DNA of 64,000 nt from Anaerolineaceae bacterium (GTDB lineage Bacteria; Chloroflexota; Anaerolineae; Anaerolineales; Anaerolineaceae). The stretch spans positions 6,104-70,103 of the forward strand of contig JBBIKU010000001.1 of the NCBI GenBank assembly GCA_037445245.1, in the 5' to 3' direction. A program made the position numbers and the translations under genes. This document shows positions 28,135 through 37,049 of this stretch, piece after piece. How positions within the stretch are numbered: the first letter of the stretch is position 1; every line of letters begins with the position of its first letter. The notes under the pieces are model-generated. The model was not told where the DNA came from and did no database searches. It saw only the letters and a program-made list of their open reading frames with translations.

Positions 28135-29463
28135 TTATTGGGCTTTGCGCTCCTGTTGAAGTTTTAGCGCTTTCTGCTTACCCAGGCGCAGCCACTGCAC
28201 CAGTGGAATATTTGCCGGGCAGATGAAGGAACAACTACCACACTCCATGCACACGGTGATACCCAATCGTTCGGCATCATCAAACCGCCCCAATTGAGCA
28301 TACCGCACCAGTCGGGTTGGCATCAAGTGAACAGGGCACACCTCGACACATTTACCACAGCCCAGGCAGGGTGTTTCATCGCCGCGTTCGATCTCTTCAC
28401 GGGTCAACACTACAATACCCGAAGTGGCTTTCATCACCGGTGCAGACAAATCATATTGGGCTACGCCCATCATCGGGCCGCCGACGATAACTTTGGCGGC
28501 ATCCTCGGTGAGTCCACCACAGTACGCCAACACGTCTTCGAGCGGTGTTCCGACCGGCACAATCAGATTCTTGGGGCTGCGAATACCCCTGCCAGTGACG
28601 GTCAGCGGCGCGGTAACCAGTGGTTCCCCTTTTACCACGGCGTCATGAATGGAAACCCCGGTCGCCACGTTTTGCATTCCGACACCTATATCGGGCGGAA
28701 ATTTGCCGGGCGGCACTTCTCTTCCAGTAATTACCTTGATCAACATTTTTTCTGCGCCCTGCGGGTATTTGGTGCGAACGGCAACCACTGAGATGTCGGG
28801 GTCTTCGGCGGCTACCTCACGCAAAACGCGAATCGCTTCGGTTTTATTGTCCTCAATTCCGATGAAGCCGCTCTCGACTGCGAGCGCCTTCATCACCAGT
28901 TTCAACCCTGAAACGACCGCCTCAGGGCGTTCGATCATCAACCGGTAATCGCGGGTCAGATACGGTTCACACTCACATCCATTGAGAATCGCCACGTCCA
29001 TGTGTTTGCCGCGCGGCGGCGATAGTTTGACAGCGGTAGGAAAAGCCGCCCCGCCTTGCCCCACAACACCCGCCTGTCGCACGCGCTCACGAATTTCGTC
29101 TGGCGTGACGCGTTGAAGATCGAGTTCAGGGAGCAACTCTCTTTGCGATTGGTCTTCGCCGCAGGTGATGATCATCGCTTCGACCGATGTGCCGCAGGTG
29201 TGCGGGTGCCTTCCAATCGAAGCAACTGTCCCGCAAACCGAGCTGTGGATCGGCGAGGAAACAAAGCCATCCGCCTCAGCAACCACCATCCCGGTGGCAA
29301 CCGCATCGCCCTTGCCCACCCGCGCCTGAGCCGGTTTGCCCACATGTTGCAAAAACGGCAAGATAATGCGTTTAGGCAATGGCATGCGTTCAAGCGCCTG
29401 ATCTTGGCTGTATTCTTTATAGTCGTGAGGATGAACTCCACCGATAAATGTTTTGGCGACCAC
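28135..29463 (-). CDS. rnfC: Rnf complex subunit C
   Basis: 442 aa with an N-terminal GGVHP motif, an SLBB/NADH-binding-like region, and CLGCGKCVEVCP plus CMECGSCSFICP. Confidence 0.9.
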   Translation of the reverse strand: MVAKTFIGGVHPHDYKEYSQDQALERMPLPKRIILPFLQHVGKPAQARVGKGDAVATGMVVAEADGFVSSPIHSSVCGTVASIGRHPHTCGTSVEAMIITCGEDQSQRELLPELDLQRVTPDEIRERVRQAGVVGQGGAAFPTAVKLSPPRGKHMDVAILNGCECEPYLTRDYRLMIERPEAVVSGLKLVMKALAVESGFIGIEDNKTEAIRVLREVAAEDPDISVVAVRTKYPQGAEKMLIKVITGREVPPGKFPPDIGVGMQNVATGVSIHDAVVKGEPLVTAPLTVTGRGIRSPKNLIVPVGTPLEDVLAYCGGLTEDAAKVIVGGPMMGVAQYDLSAPVMKATSGIVVLTREEIERGDETPCLGCGKCVEVCPVHLMPTRLVRYAQLGRFDDAERLGITVCMECGSCSFICPANIPLVQWLRLGKQKALKLQQERKAQ

Positions 29464-29716
29464 AAGTGCGCTCCTGCAACCTATTCAGCAAATTAATGCA
29501 CATCGTAGAAAGCTGATGCGCGCGTGCCAACCTTTAGATTCTCGTTCTATCCCCTGTGCTTGTCCAAACCGCTGCTTATTATACTCGAATTTCACAGCCG
29601 GAAATGTTTGTCCAGCAAAGCAGCCGCGATGCCACGGCATCGTCCATTAAACCTCGTGCTATACTCATATAGAAAACCGCAAAAACCTGAGGGGAAATAA
29701 TGAGGAGGAATCAAAT

Positions 29717-30481
29717 ATGGTTAAACCGCAAGCCAGCCAGGCTGACAAAAACAAATCTCATTCCGAGCCAAGTAGCGAGCGAAGGATGATCCGACAATCC
29801 ACTCAAGATGAAAAACTGCTCAAAAAGCGGAAGCCCAGGCAGCAACCTTTTACCGATACCGACGCATGGCGAGTGCTGCGAATTCTATCCGAATTCGTGG
29901 AGGGTTTTGATACGCTCGCCGATTTAGGCCCGGCGGTCACCGTTTTTGGCTCGGCACGAACGCAGGCAAACGACCCGATGTATCAGGCGGCAGTGGAGAC
30001 CTGCCGTTTGCTGGCGCAAGCAGGACTGGCAATCATCACCGGCGGCGGACCGGGTATCATGGAAGCCGGCAACAAAGGAGCGAAGATGGGCGGAGGAGCC
30101 TCGGTGGGCTTGAACATCGAGCTGCCTTTTGAGGAACAATCGAACCCCTATGTCGAAATCCCGATCAACTTCCGCTATTTCTTCGTGCGCAAGACCATGT
30201 TTGTCAAGTATGCCCAGGCGTTTGTTATTTTTCCAGGCGGCTTTGGCACCTTGGACGAACTCTTCGAGGCGCTGACATTGATCCAAACCGGCAAAATCAC
30301 CAATTTCCCGATCATCCTGTTTGGGTCGGATTACTGGGCAGGAATGCTATCCTGGTTGCGCAACTCTCTTCTTTTAGAGGGAAAAATATCACCCCGGGAT
30401 CTTGAGTTGATGACGGTCACCGATTCGCCACAAAAAGTGTGTGACTTAATTTTGGATGCGATCAAAAAAGCGGCCGCTTGA
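29717..30481 (+). CDS. LOG / TIGR00730-family Rossmann-fold nucleotide-binding protein
   Basis: 254 aa with VFGSAR, GGGPGIMEAGNKGA and PGGFGTLDELFE motifs. RBS GGAGGA. Confidence 0.85.
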   Translation: MVKPQASQADKNKSHSEPSSERRMIRQSTQDEKLLKKRKPRQQPFTDTDAWRVLRILSEFVEGFDTLADLGPAVTVFGSARTQANDPMYQAAVETCRLLAQAGLAIITGGGPGIMEAGNKGAKMGGGASVGLNIELPFEEQSNPYVEIPINFRYFFVRKTMFVKYAQAFVIFPGGFGTLDELFEALTLIQTGKITNFPIILFGSDYWAGMLSWLRNSLLLEGKISPRDLELMTVTDSPQKVCDLILDAIKKAAA

Positions 30482-30596
30482 CTTTCACACCGGAATTGAC
30501 TATATTGAAAGCACGAATACTTGTTCTAATATCAGGGAATCACATGGGCTTCAAAAACAAAATTTTCCTCGGCGACTGCGGCGGAGATGACATCAG

Positions 30597-32198
30597 ATGG
30601 GTCAATTGAGTTTATTCAAGAATGAAGAAAAAAGCATTGTGACGCTCAAGGAAGCCTGCGAGTGGGCTTCTGAATACTTAAATCGTAAAGTGACAATTTC
30701 AAATATGTCTTATTTAGTTCAGTACGGAAGAGTTAAGAAGCTTGGGAATAATGGCAATCCACTAATCAGCATTTCAGAACTTAAAGATTATTACGATAAC
30801 TACGATAAGGAAAAAACCTGGAAAAGCATACTGGGTGACGACCTGAATTGGCACCTGTCCTTTGTGGAATACAAAGAATCAGAGCGGACAAAACATGTTC
30901 ACAGGCTGCATCCATACAAAGGGAAATTTATTCCACAATTAGTCGAGTACTTTCTTGATTCTCATACCGATGAATTCAAAAGAACGACCTTTTTTAACAA
31001 GGGCGATATCGTACTTGACCCATTTTGTGGTAGCGGCACCACATTGGTGCAAGCAAGCGAATTAGGCATGCACGCGATTGGAATTGACATCTCGGCATTT
31101 AATGCCATGATCAGCAATGTAAAAATCGAACAACATGATACTGGGCTGTTAACGGAAACAGTTCATCAAATAACAACGAAATTAAAAGATTTCCAAAAAA
31201 GCAAGAACAATATCGCCTTCGAAGAACGCCTGCTTTCTGAGCTAGCAAAATATAATTCTAGGTATTTCCCGTCACCCGAATACAAGCGGAAAGTAAGATT
31301 TGCGGAAATCGATGAAATCCAATATGCAAACGAAAAAGCCAGAGAGTTTCTGGGCATCTATCTTAAATTGGTCGATGAATACCATGTAAAGCTAATTCGA
31401 GATAGCAATAACACTTTCTTGGAAAAGTGGTTCTTGCAGCCTGTTCGAGAAGAAGTCGAGTTTGTCTTCAATGAGATAAAAAAACTAGAAAATAAGGATA
31501 TAAAAAGAGTCCTGACAATCATCCTGAGCCGGACAGTTCGCTCCTGCCGGGCAACCACACATGCCGACTTGGCTACCTTAAGAGATCCTGTAACCACAAC
31601 ATATTACTGCAAAAAGCATGGGAAAATATGCAAGCCGATTTTCTCCATATTGAGCTGGTGGTTAACATACACCTCAGACACTGTAAAGCGCTTAACCGAA
31701 TTCAATAAATTACGAACAGACACCCAACAAATATGCCTGACGGGTGATAGCAGAACCATAGACCTCTTGCGAGAAGTTCAAAAGAAAAAACCACCGTTGG
31801 CCAATATACTAGCCAAGAGGGGAATTCGAGGCGTCTTTTCGAGTCCGCCGTACGTCGGGCTCATCGACTATCACGAGCAACATGCGTATTCATATGAAAT
31901 TTTTGGATTTGAGCGAAATGACGAATTGGAAATAGGGTCTTTGTTTAAAGGCCAAGGGAAAGAAGCTAGGGATTCCTATTCCCAAGGAATTGCCGAAGCG
32001 TTAATTAATTGCAAACGGTATCTTCAAGATAATTATGACCTTTTCATCGTCGCCAATGATAAATTCAACCTTTATCCTAAAATTGCTGAATTGGCAAATA
32101 TGAAAATTGTGAATCGCTTCAAACGCCCAGTTCTAAATCGAGTGGAAAAAGACAGGGCAGCATATTCAGAGATAATTTTTCATATCAAGGAAAAATAA
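30597..32198 (+). CDS. DNA N4/N6-methyltransferase with an N-terminal HTH-like extension
   Basis: 533 aa. HPYKGKFIPQL...VLDPFCGSGTTLVQASELGMHAIGIDI (AdoMet motif I) lies at aa ~105-165, and the catalytic motif IV VFSSPPYVGLIDY at aa ~413. About 270 aa separate them, which could hold a target-recognition region. Confidence 0.85.
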   Translation: MGQLSLFKNEEKSIVTLKEACEWASEYLNRKVTISNMSYLVQYGRVKKLGNNGNPLISISELKDYYDNYDKEKTWKSILGDDLNWHLSFVEYKESERTKHVHRLHPYKGKFIPQLVEYFLDSHTDEFKRTTFFNKGDIVLDPFCGSGTTLVQASELGMHAIGIDISAFNAMISNVKIEQHDTGLLTETVHQITTKLKDFQKSKNNIAFEERLLSELAKYNSRYFPSPEYKRKVRFAEIDEIQYANEKAREFLGIYLKLVDEYHVKLIRDSNNTFLEKWFLQPVREEVEFVFNEIKKLENKDIKRVLTIILSRTVRSCRATTHADLATLRDPVTTTYYCKKHGKICKPIFSILSWWLTYTSDTVKRLTEFNKLRTDTQQICLTGDSRTIDLLREVQKKKPPLANILAKRGIRGVFSSPPYVGLIDYHEQHAYSYEIFGFERNDELEIGSLFKGQGKEARDSYSQGIAEALINCKRYLQDNYDLFIVANDKFNLYPKIAELANMKIVNRFKRPVLNRVEKDRAAYSEIIFHIKEK

Positions 32199-32202
32199 TA
32201 TT

Positions 32203-32973
32203 GTGCTTACCAGAGAGCAAAAAACAATCATTTTAGGAACAATCAAGACCAGCATCCGTAAAAAGCTTAAATTCTACAATCCTGAAACCAATCGGATGCC
32301 TTTCCACTATCACTTGCTCGGTCGGGATAGGATGGCATTATTCTCATTTATTCACTCGCTTAACACAACTTTTGGCACTTCAATTTTTGAGCCGGTTGCC
32401 GAAAGTATGGCTTATTTAAATTTCTCCCTAGCACAAAAACAATATGTCGTTGGAAGCGTTATCAGCGAGTTAGCTCAAGCAGAAATACAGCATATCTTAA
32501 ACGATCTTACGATGGGTTTCGCTCCAAATAAAGCCGAGGAGATTGAACGCATACGCAGTGTATCTACCAAAGGTCGACCCAATAAAATTAGAACCCCGAA
32601 AGTAGATTTGTTCCTCCAGAGACGGGATGGAAATGTATATTTATTTGACATTAAAACCGCCAAACCTAACATCTCCAATTTTAAGGACTTCAAGAGAACC
32701 TTGTTGGAGTGGGTAGCGATATACTTGGCAAATAACCCAGATGCAAATGTACAATCCTATATCGCTATCCCGTACAATCCCTACGAGCCCAAACCTTATG
32801 AAAGATGGACAGTACGGGGAATGCTGGATCTAGGTGCTGAATTGAAGGTCGCCGACGAGTTTTGGGACTTTCTGGGGGGAGACGGCGCTTATGGAGAGTT
32901 ATTGGAATGTTTCGAAAAAGCCGGATTGGAATTAAGACCCGAAATCGACATATATTTTTCCAAGTTTAGATGA
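32203..32973 (+). CDS. Putative type II restriction endonuclease (PD-(D/E)xK-like; possibly TdeIII-type family)
   Basis: 256 aa. GTG lies 4 nt after the methylase stop. VDLFLQRRDGNVYLFDIKTAKPN supplies a D...D-I-K catalytic-like motif. MPFHYHLLGRDRMALFSFIHSLNTTFGTSIFEP resembles my recollection of TdeIII-family enzymes (unverified). Confidence 0.6.
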   Translation: MLTREQKTIILGTIKTSIRKKLKFYNPETNRMPFHYHLLGRDRMALFSFIHSLNTTFGTSIFEPVAESMAYLNFSLAQKQYVVGSVISELAQAEIQHILNDLTMGFAPNKAEEIERIRSVSTKGRPNKIRTPKVDLFLQRRDGNVYLFDIKTAKPNISNFKDFKRTLLEWVAIYLANNPDANVQSYIAIPYNPYEPKPYERWTVRGMLDLGAELKVADEFWDFLGGDGAYGELLECFEKAGLELRPEIDIYFSKFR

Positions 32974-33058
32974 TTTTCCTGTATCTTTGAAACATTTATT
33001 CACCCCCTTTAAACTCGATTCAACAGCTTGATGGAGAATCGGGGATTCCGTACGGCGG

Positions 33059-34450
33059 TTAATTCCAGAATTGTGGGAGGTGATCGCGGTAGACTTCCAG
33101 ATAATCATCGAGGATTTTTTGGGCGGTGTCTAGATCAGTAATGACCGGATCCAGCAACAGGCATTGCAATGCCGCCCGACGATCGCCTTGCACCGCTGCG
33201 GTAACCGCCAGCCGCGAAACAGCGATTTCGCGTCGCATCAACTCCGCAATCGTTTCAGGCAGCGACCCAATCGCCACACCGTTCACTCCCGCCCCACTGA
33301 CGATCCCGGGCACCTCCACGATTGCTCCCTCGGGCAGGTTGGTAATATAGCCGCGATTGGGCAAATTGATCGCCGGATGATAATGATTACCGCCACCGGC
33401 AATATTTTCGATCACCTCCAAAGCACCTTCGCTATCGGCACCCAAAAGCGAATCAAGGCTTTCAGCACCCGAAGCCATGGCAGCGATCAAGGCGTGTCCA
33501 TCTCGGCGCTGCTGCGCCCAACGATCCCAATCGTATAGGCTTAAGTCATATTTCTGCCAGGGCTGGGTGCGCGGGTCGCTCATCCAGGGCAGGTATTCGC
33601 ACAGATGTTCGTCGCCCGAGATCGGAAATAAACCGAAGATTTCGTAAATACGGCGGGTTAACGGCTCAAAGGAGGGATCGAGCGCCTGCCAGGCTTTAGC
33701 AAAGCTCGGATAGAGGTCCTCTCCGCTGCGCCGGTCGTGCAGCGCCAGCATCCACGAGAAGTGATTCAATCCGGCTGCCCGTAAATCAACCCGCTCTAGC
33801 GTTGGACGGATGAGACGCTTGAAGCGCGGCAGAGTCTCGGGGTCGGCATGGGTGCTAAGCTTTCCCGGTGGAATAGGGATATCCAGTTCACGGGCGAGGG
33901 CGTAACCCACCATGCCATAACCGGTATAAATCTGGTGACACAATCCCACCACTTTGATCGAAGTATAACGGCTGATGGCATCGCAGATACGCACCATGGG
34001 ATTGGTAAAGTTGATAAACCACGCTGCGGGGCATGCCTGCTGCATGTCATAGGCAATTTCGAGCACGGCAGGAATGTTGCGACAAGCATGAGCAAACCCG
34101 CCTGGACCGCCATTTTCAGCATAGGGTTGGCGCACGCCGTATTTGAGCGGGATTTCGTAGTCTGAACGCCACAGGACTTCGCGCGGCGGCACTTCAATGG
34201 CTGAGACGATAAATTCAGCTCCTGATAACGCCTGCCGGTGATGGGTGTGGGCGCTGATGACCATTTCCGCCTTCCATTCACGGTTCAATCGGTTAGCAAG
34301 TCGCTCGATCAATCCCAGCGCCTCAGGGTGACGATCGACCAGTGACAAGTGACTGCCCCGTAAACGCGGGCTACGCATTAGCGCACCTAGTGTATTCAAG
34401 CCAAAGATGGCGCTTCCGGCGCCGATAATCACGATTTTGGTTGGCAGCAT
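33059..34450 (-). CDS. Glycoside hydrolase family 4 (NAD+/Mn2+-dependent alpha-glucosidase/galactosidase type)
   Basis: 463 aa with the N-terminal KIVIIGAGSAIFG Rossmann motif, INFTNPM, and VVGLCHQIY. Confidence 0.85.
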   Translation of the reverse strand: MLPTKIVIIGAGSAIFGLNTLGALMRSPRLRGSHLSLVDRHPEALGLIERLANRLNREWKAEMVISAHTHHRQALSGAEFIVSAIEVPPREVLWRSDYEIPLKYGVRQPYAENGGPGGFAHACRNIPAVLEIAYDMQQACPAAWFINFTNPMVRICDAISRYTSIKVVGLCHQIYTGYGMVGYALARELDIPIPPGKLSTHADPETLPRFKRLIRPTLERVDLRAAGLNHFSWMLALHDRRSGEDLYPSFAKAWQALDPSFEPLTRRIYEIFGLFPISGDEHLCEYLPWMSDPRTQPWQKYDLSLYDWDRWAQQRRDGHALIAAMASGAESLDSLLGADSEGALEVIENIAGGGNHYHPAINLPNRGYITNLPEGAIVEVPGIVSGAGVNGVAIGSLPETIAELMRREIAVSRLAVTAAVQGDRRAALQCLLLDPVITDLDTAQKILDDYLEVYRDHLPQFWN

Positions 34451-34460
34451 GACTGTTTCT

Positions 34461-34553
34461 TTACCGGCTCTGCACTAAGGCGAAAACCGCTGTCAGCAGA
34501 AAGACCAGGATACCGATACCAATTGTAAACCAGGTTGCGGCTCTATGTCGCAT
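34461..34553 (-). CDS. Candidate 30-aa single-TM micro-ORF upstream of the GH4 gene (speculative)
   Basis: MRHRAATWFTIGIGILVFLLTAVFALVQSR*. Its stop lies 10 nt before the GH4 ATG. It is below the ORF-track cutoff and has only a weak RBS. Confidence 0.2.
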   Translation of the reverse strand: MRHRAATWFTIGIGILVFLLTAVFALVQSR

Positions 34554-34570
34554 ATCTTTTCTATCCTATC

Positions 34571-35634
34571 CTACACCAAATCAAACCGTTCGGTGTGAAA
34601 ATCCGCCACATGAACACCCACTTCCTCTAGTGCCGCCTCGACCGCATCCAGCATCGGCTGGGGTCCGCACAGAAAGATCTCACGTTCATCGCGATAGCGA
34701 TCTTTTTCCAAATAACGTTGCAGAAAATCAGCGTTGACAAAGCCACGTTCACCCTCCCACCCAGGGGGTGGTTGCCCCAGCACATAAACTACCCTCAAAT
34801 TGAGGCGCGACTTGAGCGCTTCGATCTCCTCACGGAAGGTTAAGTTCTCACAATCTCGAAGGAAAAGGGGTGTTCGGTATCGCTGAATGGTGATTTCCAG
34901 ACGGTCAGCCAGGCGAACTGCCCCGGCACAAGCACACCCAGCATGCCCGAGCGGCTTCAATACGAGTGTCCAGGCACTACCACGCTCTGGAACAACCTCC
35001 ACCACTTCATGGGGCGCAGCAACCACCACAGCTTGAGCACCCGCACGTACAGCAACAAAAAAATCCACATCACACTGTCCCCTAACCACAATACCTGCTT
35101 CCAGGGGGTATTGGTGTAATGCCCCACCAGCATGATATGAACCACCGCCAGCCCCACCAATATCGCCAGCAAACCATGCAAAATGCGCCAGAAAATGTAT
35201 TCGATCTTGAATTTTTTTGCACCACAACGAGGTGCCGATCAAGACAATCAACGCAACCAGCGAAACCACCCCCGCCCGTGCCCGCCATGGAGCACTGAAA
35301 ACATTGAGCAGGCGCAGCGTATCAGAGCATAGATGAACAACAAAATTGGATGCAGCAGCACCAGCAAAAATTCCACCAGCGAAATCTGACGATGAAAATA
35401 ATACACTACATCGCTGCTGCAAGGCGCCTTGAGCGTTTTAAAGCGCGCCGTGAGCACAAATTGCAGCGTCATCATTGCCAAGCCGACAAAACCCAGTCCT
35501 GTCGAAAGCTCTCGCCAGAATTCACGACCGGGCGAGCGAAGACCGATCAGGATGATCAAGAGCGGAGCAATGCTTAGCAGCAGGTAGAGCGCAATCCAAA
35601 ATATGCCCCGAAAGAAAAGCTGTCTTGTTTTCAC
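34571..35634 (-). pseudogene. Ferric-reductase-like TM domain / FNR-type oxidoreductase fusion, heavily decayed
   Basis: Pieces lie in all three minus-strand frames. The N-terminal TM part is 35248-35634. KKFKIEYIFWRILHGLLAILVGLAVVHIMLVGH is reached only by shifting at the T7 run 35212-35218. HEVVEVVPERGSAWTLVLKP and PGQFAWLTVWKSPFSDTEHPFSF are in different frames. About 110 aa (the rest of the FAD domain and the start of the NAD domain) are missing before ...LTFREEIEALKS...FLCGPQPM. Confidence 0.75.
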
Positions 35635-35703
35635 TTCGGTATCTATGGTCTCTCGAATCTCACTGGCACCCTATTTTCGCCAGGAACCATATGCAGCGGT
35701 CTG

Positions 35704-36819
35704 CTAGCCAGACGCCTCGGCACACAATCGGATATAGCGCAGCACTTGTTCGCGGGTGAGTAAGCCGCGCAGCACACCCTGTTCCATCACCGGAAGCTGG
35801 GCAACGTTGGCGGTATCCATGGTTTGTAGTGCCTGAAGCAACTCCATGTTCGGATCGACAAAAACGACACGGTCGTATGGCACCATCACTTGATCGACGG
35901 TGGCGCTCTCCCACTGAACGCGGGGCACGGCGGTAATCTCTTTCAGAGTCACGATACCGCGCAGCCGATCAGCGTCGCCAACCAGGAAAACCCGCTGCCC
36001 GCCGCGAATGACACCTTCGGAAACCAGTTCATCAAGATTGGTTCGCTCACTGACAATGGGAGGGTCGGGATTCATCACCTCAAAAACCTTCACACCGCGC
36101 AGGGATTGTTGAATGCTCGCCTGGGAATAACTGGTAGCCGCAGCATTTTGCAGAAACCAGCCAATGAACGCCAACCACAGACCGTTGAAAAAATTGCCGG
36201 TAAAAATGATAAATACGCCTACGCCGATGAAACCAAAAGCAACCAACTGTCCGCTGTACGTAGCCACCCGTGTCGCCCTCAACATGCTACCGGTTATCTT
36301 CCAAACGATGGCGCGCAACACTCTTCCGCCGTCCAGCGGAAAACCAGGAATGAGGTTGAAGAGCGTCAAAATGAGATTGATACGTGCCAACCAAGCACTG
36401 GGTGCCGCCAGCAGGGGTACATTCCTATCGATTAGCCACAAACCACCAAAGAAGCCTGCCAGCAACAGGCTAGTGAAAGGTCCGGCAATGGCAATACGAA
36501 GCTCATCGCTCGGATTCTTAGGGTCTTGATTGATCTGCGCCAAGCCGCCGAAGATAAACAGCGTAATTTGTTTGACCCCTACCCCAGCGCGCAGTGCCAT
36601 GAAGGAATGCCCCAGCTCATGCAGCATCACCGAGATGGCAAAAAACAGGCTGGTAATTGCTCCCATTCCCCAATATGAAACCACGGAGAGTTGTGGATAT
36701 TCCCGCGGAAAAACCCCCACCGCCAGCGACCAGCTAACCAGGACAATAATGACAAACCAACTGAGATGCAAGTGCAGTGGTATGCCCCAGATTCGTCCTA
36801 TTTTGAGTCCCGATTCCAT
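35704..36819 (-). CDS. Site-2 (M50) zinc metalloprotease with a C-terminal CBS pair
   Basis: 371 aa with HELGH in the MLHELGHSFMALRAG context, polytopic, LIPGFPLDGGRVLRA, then two CBS repeats. Confidence 0.85.
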   Translation of the reverse strand: MESGLKIGRIWGIPLHLHLSWFVIIVLVSWSLAVGVFPREYPQLSVVSYWGMGAITSLFFAISVMLHELGHSFMALRAGVGVKQITLFIFGGLAQINQDPKNPSDELRIAIAGPFTSLLLAGFFGGLWLIDRNVPLLAAPSAWLARINLILTLFNLIPGFPLDGGRVLRAIVWKITGSMLRATRVATYSGQLVAFGFIGVGVFIIFTGNFFNGLWLAFIGWFLQNAAATSYSQASIQQSLRGVKVFEVMNPDPPIVSERTNLDELVSEGVIRGGQRVFLVGDADRLRGIVTLKEITAVPRVQWESATVDQVMVPYDRVVFVDPNMELLQALQTMDTANVAQLPVMEQGVLRGLLTREQVLRYIRLCAEASG

Positions 36820-37049
36820 GATGCGCTCCTGTTTCGGCGGCTTTCACGGCAAAAACCGATGCACCGCCCTTTCTTCTGGCACGCAGGGCGATCAACATCA
36901 GCAATTTTTTTAATCTTTATCTATTTTATTCATATTGCTACCTACGGTCAAGAAATATCATATGTGATATCCACATACATTATACGATTTATGTACGCTG
37001 TAAAAGCATGGCTATTACAACGAAGACTACACGCAATTAACCAGACTTC

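Larger units (their letters stand above)
30482..33058. other. AT-rich islet carrying a restriction-modification gene pair
   Basis: Counted 60-nt lines give 32 % (31141-31200) and 35 % (32401-32460) G+C, against 60 % in flanking 29941-30000. The borders coincide with the stops of the LOG gene and the GH4 gene. Confidence 0.7.

Noticed and set aside
30544-30609. 21-codon ORF MGFKNKIFLGDCGGDDIRWVN overlapping the methylase start. Its NKIFLGDC resembles the N-terminus of beta-class DNA methyltransferases. A possible TTGAAA-N16-TAATAT promoter lies at 30505-30532.
   Set aside because: It is too short to judge. It could be a relic of a replaced methylase, a leader peptide, or chance, and no test is possible without a search.
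36955-36970. ATATCA-TATG-TGATAT inverted repeat in the divergent region between the M50 protease gene and the decayed glycosyltransferase-like gene.
   Set aside because: 6-bp arms in an AT-rich promoter region are within chance expectation. It is possibly an operator, but unsupported.
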